IMG/VR virus record: IMGVR_UViG_3300021387_001106
Coordinates: 34,633-98,632 of that record
Reading direction: 5' to 3' (one strand)
DNA length: 64,000 nucleotides
DNA from: a virus
Taxonomy: Duplodnaviria > Caudoviricetes
Shown here: in pieces, positions 57,431 to 64,000 of the stretch
Position numbering within the stretch: position 1 is the first letter of the stretch
Layout: the number at the start of each line of letters is the position of its first letter
Made by a program: the position numbers and the translations under genes
The notes under the pieces: generated by a model
What the model was told of the DNA's origin: nothing
What the model saw: only the letters and a program-made list of their open reading frames with translations
Database searches by the model: none

Positions 57431-57961
57431 ATGGCGGTAGAGAACAGGAACTACCTGACGGTGGTGAAATATGAAGACTTCGACCCAAGCAAGGTCAACC
57501 CCGGAGAGGTCATCATCGTAGATGTCCTCGGAATGCACGCGGTGTATATCGGCACGAGCGCGGGGGAGGCCCAGCGGATGGCGATGTACGAAGAGGAAAA
57601 GCAGTTCGTGGAAACGGTCAGACAGGCGGCTGCGGAGGCCGACCAGTCACGTGCGAACGCGGCGGTGCTTTATGAACTCACGCTGAGGAGGAGCGCGGAA
57701 GTCAATGACGCTGCCATGAGGGCAAAGAACTCCGTGGAGGAAACGGCGGACAGCGTAAAGCAGTACACGGAGAAAGCCATGAAACAGGCGGACATTATCA
57801 ATCAGCAGGCGATCGACAAGGCACAGGAAGCGGCACTCAGGGCGGAGAAGGCGCTTGCGGCGGTGAACAAGACGGTGGAGCTTCTCCAGAACACGGTATC
57901 TGCTGTGGTCGGTGCATATACGACCATCAACCAGACTGACACGGGAGGAGGTGGGAAATGA
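57431..57961 (+). CDS. helical tail-associated protein
   Basis: AGGAGG RBS after the terminator at 57382-57409. Confidence 0.65.
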   Translation: MAVENRNYLTVVKYEDFDPSKVNPGEVIIVDVLGMHAVYIGTSAGEAQRMAMYEEEKQFVETVRQAAAEADQSRANAAVLYELTLRRSAEVNDAAMRAKNSVEETADSVKQYTEKAMKQADIINQQAIDKAQEAALRAEKALAAVNKTVELLQNTVSAVVGAYTTINQTDTGGGGK

Positions 57962-58317
57962 TCATTCATGAACTGGACATAGATATGGTTCCCGGTGGTC
58001 ATGCCCCGCTTCTGGCACTGAATAACGGGGACACGGATTTCGGTCTTGTACTGAACCTTTACAACAGCCATGGGGAGTTCCAGATACAAAGCGGAACGAC
58101 CGCAAAGCTGATCGGGAAGAAACCCGATGGGAGCGGTTACGAAAAGAGCGCTTCCATTTCGGGCATGAGCATCATTGTGGCAAACAGTTCACAGCTTACG
58201 GACGTTTCCGGGTATGGTGAGCTGGAAGTATGCCTTACGCACAACGGGAAGTCACTGCACTCGCAGAACTTCCCTTTTTATGTTGAACAAGAGGCGAATG
58301 GAGGGACGGAAACATGA
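57958..58317 (+). CDS. BppU-like baseplate protein
   Basis: GKKPDG...SQNF; paralogous to the N-terminus of the next gene. Confidence 0.65.
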   Translation: MIIHELDIDMVPGGHAPLLALNNGDTDFGLVLNLYNSHGEFQIQSGTTAKLIGKKPDGSGYEKSASISGMSIIVANSSQLTDVSGYGELEVCLTHNGKSLHSQNFPFYVEQEANGGTET

Positions 58318-61259
58318 GCATTATACTTCCATATTCTCTCGATATGGTCCCGGGCGGGCAGAAGACGGTCGTCCGCCTGAACCAATACGATGAGGACTTC
58401 ACTTTGGTTTTCGACCTGTACGCAAGCCGTGGCACTTTCACGATAGAAGAGGGCACTACGGCAAAGATACGAGGGACAAAATCAGACGGGAATGGATACT
58501 CAGTGGACTGTACGCTCGACGTGGAGACCGGAAAGGTCACTGTGGAGGGCGATGTACAGATCACGGCTGCGGCTGAAAAAGGGCAGTTTGAACTGACCCT
58601 CTATAAGGATGGGAAGGAGCTGAACACGGCGAACTTCACCATCTGGGTGGAGCACGCCGCGCTGGACCAGAACACAGTGGCGTCCGACTCCAAGGTGGCT
58701 GAACTGTATGCAATATACGGACAGGCGGATGACATTATCAATGCCGGCGCCCAGTATGCAGACTACCAACAGGCGCTTGAGAATACTGCGGCAGCTGCTG
58801 CGGAAAGTGCTGCTGCTGCCAAGGCAAGCGAGGAAAGCGCCGCCAGTACGCTGACCAATTACAACAACACCTACGCCGAGGATATGTACGAGTTCAACAC
58901 GGCATATACCAACGCGATGAATACCATCAATACGAAGACAGAGGCCATCGCGCAGTTGACCACAGATGCCGGTACTATTTCCAGACAGGCACTGGACTTG
59001 GCGACTCAGGCAACGAACGATGCGGCGGACCTGTCTACGCAGGTATCAACGGTCAAGCGTGCGCAGACGAGTTTTCAGCTTCTGCTGGATGAAGCCTTCG
59101 ACGGAGCGTACATCGAGAACAACGCAATCTACTTCACCCATCAGGGCGAGGTAGTCGCCGGCCCATTCTCAGGCATAGGCGGCGGAGGCGGCGGAGGCGG
59201 CGGTGGTGACGCCGGGAACAACGCCGTCCTGACTGTCAGCAACAGCACCGGGTGGCAGGCTCGTACCATTGCGGACGGAAGCGAGTGCGTGACAAGCGTG
59301 ACGTGGTCTTCCATCGAGGAAGAGAACCCTACCGGCCCCGGTACACTGACCATCACCGTGAACGGCATGACCAAGGCACTCCTGAACGTGTCCCAGGGAA
59401 CCGTCATGGTGAACATCGCACCCTACCTTATCACCGGTTCCAACGTGGTCAAGCAGACCATCAGGGATACATACGGCAATGCGAGGACGGTCAACTTCTC
59501 CATCGAGAAGGTATCGGTCAGCATCAGTTCGACCTTTGATTCGTCCACGGCATATCAGGGCGCAATATCCTTCCCCTATACGCCGGTCGGCGCGGTCGAA
59601 AAGACCATCCACTTCCTTCTGGATGGGAACCAGATCGGTTTCACGACCACGTCCGTATCGGGCAGACAGATGTCCTACACGATACCTCAGCAGACGCACG
59701 GGGCTCACACCTTTGAGTGTTACTTCGATGCGGTCATCAATGGCCAGATGGTCGAGTCGAACCGTCTCTACTTCGAGATCATCTGTCTGGAGACCCTGAA
59801 CACAACGCCCATCATCGTCTCCGACTTCAACCAGACGACTGCCGTGCAGTACGAAACGATACTCATGGACTACAAGGTCTACGACCCGCTCCACATGGAA
59901 GCTGCCGCCACGATCTCCGTCAACGGGACGCAGGTGCAGTCGATCACTGTGGACAGGACGGCTCATACATTCTCCTACAGGGCAGATGAACCGGGGTCGG
60001 TCACCATCACGGTCACCTGCGGGCAGACATCCATCTCAAGGACGGTCGCAGTATCCGAATCGGAGATACATCCCGAAGCGGTCACGGATCAGCTTGCGCT
60101 GTATCTGACGAGCGCGGGCAGGTCGAACAGCGAGAACAACCCCGCCGTGTGGGAATACGGCGATGGAGCGTCAAAGATTTCCGCTTCCTTCTCTGGCTTC
60201 AACTGGACAAGGGACGGATGGGTACAGGACGACGACGGCTATTCCTGCCTCAGGACAATGGGTGGTTCTACGGTAACGATACCATATCAGCCGTATGGTG
60301 CGGACTTCCTTACCAACGGCAAGTGCATCGAGATCGAGTTCGCAACGCATGACGTTCTGGACTACGACGCCGCTATCATCTCCTGCATGAACGGCGACAG
60401 GGGATTTTCAATCACCGCCGACCATGCGACCTTCAAGTCGGCTCGTTCCACGGTCACGGCGCGGTATACGACGGATACCCACCTCAGGCTTTCGCTTATT
60501 GTGCAGCCGCAGACGAAGAACCGTCTCGTGTACCTGTTCATCGACGGTGAGTACGCCGGCATCTCGCAGTATGCGGCTACCGACAGCTTCAGGCAGCCTG
60601 ACCCGGTGGGAATCACCATCGGAAATGCCCTCTGCGGTGTGGACATATACAACATCCGCGTGTATGACCGCGACCTTACCGACGATGAGATTCTTGGTAA
60701 CTTCATCGCAGACCGGCAGGATGTTGGTGAGATGCTCACCCTCTACTACGCCAACGACATCAAGAACGATTACGGAAACATTGTCATTAACAAGCTCGAC
60801 CCGTCGCTGCCATATGCGGTATTCACCGGGCCAGAGTCACCCCAGAGCAAGGGCGACAAGAAGACCGTCGACCTTGAGTATGTGGAACCGACCAACTCGG
60901 CAAGGCATCTGGCCGCAAGCGGGGTACAGGCGGATGTTCAGGGTACTTCTTCACAGTATTACGCGGTCAAGAACCTGAAGATCAAGTTCAAGAACGGCGC
61001 GACTGTCAACGGTACACTGACCATCGGCTTTACCATCCGGGACGGCTCCATAGAAGTAAGCACGTTCACCCTCAAGGCAGACGTTGCTTCCTGCGAAAGC
61101 GCGAACAACATCTGCCTTGTCAAGATTTACGAGGATCTGAGCAGACAGCTCGGCATCCTTACTCCGCCACAGGAAAACGATTCACGCATCAGACAGGGCG
61201 TGGACGGATTCCCCTGCGTAGTCTTTTGGGACTACGGCGATGGACCGGAGTTCGTGGGT
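58314..61259 (+). CDS. giant tail/baseplate protein, exon 1 (BppU-like N-terminus, Ig-like and LamG-like regions, start of CotH-like domain)
   Basis: 982 codons ending ...GPEFVG; VQGTSSQYY..KN, LKAD. Confidence 0.85.
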
Positions 61260-61763
61260 AGACCAGCATAACTTGCCCACGTAAAACCTTCTCTGATATA
61301 CGGCGAAACCCGTGCGGACGGCAACGCCTTGGAAGGAAAGAATTTGAAAGTATGAGCAATAAATGGACAGTATAAATGTACTGCTTCCCGAACGGAAAAA
61401 AGAAACAAGGATGAGAAGAAGCCTTGCGCGTCGAAAAAAAGTAGTCGCAACCCATACGGTCACGCATGAAGAGATAATCTTCGAAAGTGGGGAGAAAGCG
61501 GCAGAATACTTTGGAGTAAGAGCATCTTCGATTTCAAGATGGATTAGTGGGAAAAGAAGAGCCACAAATAAATATACTTTCAAATTTCTATCCGCCAACA
61601 ACGACTGAGCGAGAAGGACTGGTCTCAGAATCAGTATGCAACAGTCTGACCACAGGCAACACCGCTTATATGGAGCCTGTGAGGAACGGTCAGAGGTAAC
61701 CAGACCACTTAAAGAAGCACCGTTCCCGCCTAATCATATAGGTATAAAAGTAACATATATATG
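61260..61763 (+). mobile_element. group I intron (504 nt)
   Basis: P1 CGTGGGT/GCCCACG with U-G at the splice site; P10 ACTT/AAGT; P3 CCTTCTC/GAGAAGG; P7 GACTG/CAGTC; terminal G; splicing restores the frame. Confidence 0.9.
61352..61608 (+). pseudogene. degenerate GIY-YIG/NUMOD1-type homing endonuclease remnant
   Basis: MSNKWTV*MYCFPNGK followed, in another frame, by HTH-like FESGEKAAEYFGVRASSISRW. Confidence 0.65.
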
Positions 61764-64000
61764 AAGTACAACTGGAACAATGATAAGGGCACCCATGAAG
61801 TCTTTGGCTTCTCCGAAGGCGATGAATCGTGGGAAGTCAAGTCCAATACGTCACAGCTCTCCAAGTTCCATACCGCCACATTCCCGGCCAACTGGAACGG
61901 AGAGGACTATGAACCGAGATACCCGGATGACTATGAAGACAACACGAAGCTGAAAGCGATGACCGAGTTCATCTACAGCACATGGCAGGATGAGGCGACC
62001 GGGGACGCACTCGATGAACCTGTCACATATAACGGAGTGCAGTATACCAACGATACGGCTGCGTACAGGCTCGCAAAGTTCAAGGACGGATACCCTCAGC
62101 TTTACGATCTGGACAACGCAACGTTCTTCTACGTGTTCACATTCGTCTTCCTTCTGGCAGACGACCGTCAGAAGAATGAGTTCCTTACCTACTGGCACGA
62201 GACCGGCAAGTGGTGGGAACTGCCTTACGACTTTGATACGGCGCTCGGAACGGATAACAGAGGTAACCTGACGTTTGAATACTGGATGGAAGACACTGAC
62301 CAGTTCAACGGTGAGTATGTCTTCAACGGTGCGGACAACGTTAAGTGGGTCAACTTCCGTCAGGCGTTCTGGGATGAGTGCAAAGCCATGTACCAGAGGA
62401 TGCGCTCCACCGGTATGCTCAATACGGAGTATATCAAGAACTATTTCAGAAACTGGCAGTCGGCATGGCCGACACAGATCTGGAATGAGGACGGCGATTA
62501 CAAGTACGTCAAACCGCTCAGGGACAGCGGTACTACCACTTACCTGACGATGGCGTACGGCTCGAAGAGATGGCAGAGGGAGGAGTTCTACGACTGGAGG
62601 ATACCCTACATTGACTCGATGTTCGATGTTTCGGACGCCCTGCTGTCCATCATGTTCCGTCCCTTCTATCAGGTGACGGAGACCGAGAGGGCAAGAGGCG
62701 ACGTTGACATTCAGGTGGATGTCTACAAGAAGAGCTACGTGACAGTACTGTGGGACGCCACAAAGGTTTCCCATCGCGTCATTGACGAAACATACACCTG
62801 CAACGTGGAGAACCCGCTTGCGTTCGCAAACGACGCGGTGTGCGCTATCCACAACGCAAAGATGATCAAAGACGTGCACGGGCTTGAGAAGCTGAACGTA
62901 GGATTCTGGGACAGCACGAACGCCCCGAACCTTCAGGCAATACGTCTGGGAAGCAATGCTGCCGGCTACCAGAACACGGCTACCAAGACCGTTTCGGTCG
63001 GTGCAAACAGGAAGCTGACGCTGGTCGACCTTCGTAACTGTGTCAATTTCGGCACGGATGACCAGAAGACCCTTGACCTTGCACACTGCCCGAACATCCG
63101 GGAAGTCTATCTGGACGGCACATCCTGCATGGGCGTTGACCTTCCCAACGGCGGCTATCTGGAAGTCCTGCACCTGCCGGCGACCACAACGAGTATCGTT
63201 CTCAGGAACCAAACAAAGCTCACTGACACCGGGCTTTCGGTCGCTTCCTACAACAGCATCGACCAGTTGTGGCTGGAGAACATGACCGGGGTCGACACTT
63301 TATCAATCCTGCGGTCCGTCCCGGCGGGAACGGCAGTCCGTATCACAGGCTTTTACTGGGAAGCGGAAGACGCAGAGGAGATCGAGGGGATCTTCGATCT
63401 GTTCGACACGATGAACGGCATCAACATCAACGGCGAGGAAGTGGCGACTGCACAGCTTTCCGGTACTATCCATACCACTGCACTGCGTGGCGATGACATA
63501 GCTTCATGGAATGAGCGGTATCCTACCGTGACGGTCAGCGCTGATTCTGTGGCGTCCTACCTGTACTACAAGACATGGGACGGTTCCCAGACTCTGAAGA
63601 CCGTTACCTGCGTGGACGGCGTCCCTCAGGATACGACCGCTCCTGCGGGCCCTGCAAGGGCGGATACAGAGCGGTTCCGTTACACCTTCGTTGGTTGGAA
63701 CACGCAGCAGGATGCTTCTACGGCAGAGACAGGGTATCTTGACGACGTTCTCGCTGACAGAAATGTTTACGCCGCCTACAGCAGGGTAGCACTGACATAT
63801 CTGGCATATAAGACATGGGATGACGCAACACTCATTAAGACCGTTACCTGTGTGGATGGTGTGCCTGAGGAATCTTCGCCGTCAGGGCCAACAAGGACTT
63901 CAACCGCTCAGTATGATTACTCCTTTGTCGGGTGGAACCTCAGTCAGGATGCCCAGACAGCAGATGCATCGTGTATCACTAATGTTTCTGCCGACAGGAC
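61764..64000 (+). CDS. giant tail protein, exon 2 (CotH kinase-like, LRR-like, InlB-B-like repeats); runs off the window
   Basis: KYNWNNDKG...DDRQKN...PYDFDTALG; LTLVDLRNC; YTFVGWN; no stop before the window end. Confidence 0.85.

Noticed and set aside
61761-64000. Independent gene starting at ATG 61761
   Set aside because: No RBS; the G of this ATG is the intron terminal G and the CotH-like motifs continue across the junction
1-64000. Integrase, att sites, lysis genes or host genes
   Set aside because: None recognisable in the window, so prophage versus free phage cannot be decided

Overview
The window is a 64-kb stretch of a large tailed dsDNA phage or prophage, almost entirely on the + strand. 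GGAGG-type RBSs and sigma70-type promoters point to a Firmicute host (inference). Gene order: small early or accessory genes (1-10 kb); DUF488-like gene, tRNA-like element, methyltransferase-like gene and ParB-like gene (10-13 kb); TerS and an intein-containing TerL (13-16 kb); a ~24-kb block (16.4-40.3 kb) of modular proteins that includes the portal and a MuF/gp7 protein; a DUF2213/DUF2184 head module; a siphovirus-like tail module; and a giant tail protein split by a group I intron that runs off the right edge. The main observation is the 16-40 kb block. About ten proteins, including the portal, share one grammar: basic leader, then a [R/H/N/K]-x-D motif, then one of two conserved address peptides (W(I/V)T(V/I)NGxH x11 or GGPGSGNWGH x3), then an effector domain. 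The effectors are about six ADP-ribosyltransferase-like domains, a RelA/SpoT-type synthetase, a Nudix domain, two HExxH peptidases, a ParB-like domain and a putative RNase toxin, often followed by small acidic partner genes. The same x-x-D motif sits at the N-termini of the portal, the protease and the major capsid protein, and is repeated throughout the scaffold. This suggests a protease-processed effector-cargo system that is packaged in the capsid and injected. Domain calls were made by eye from motifs; no database searches were run.
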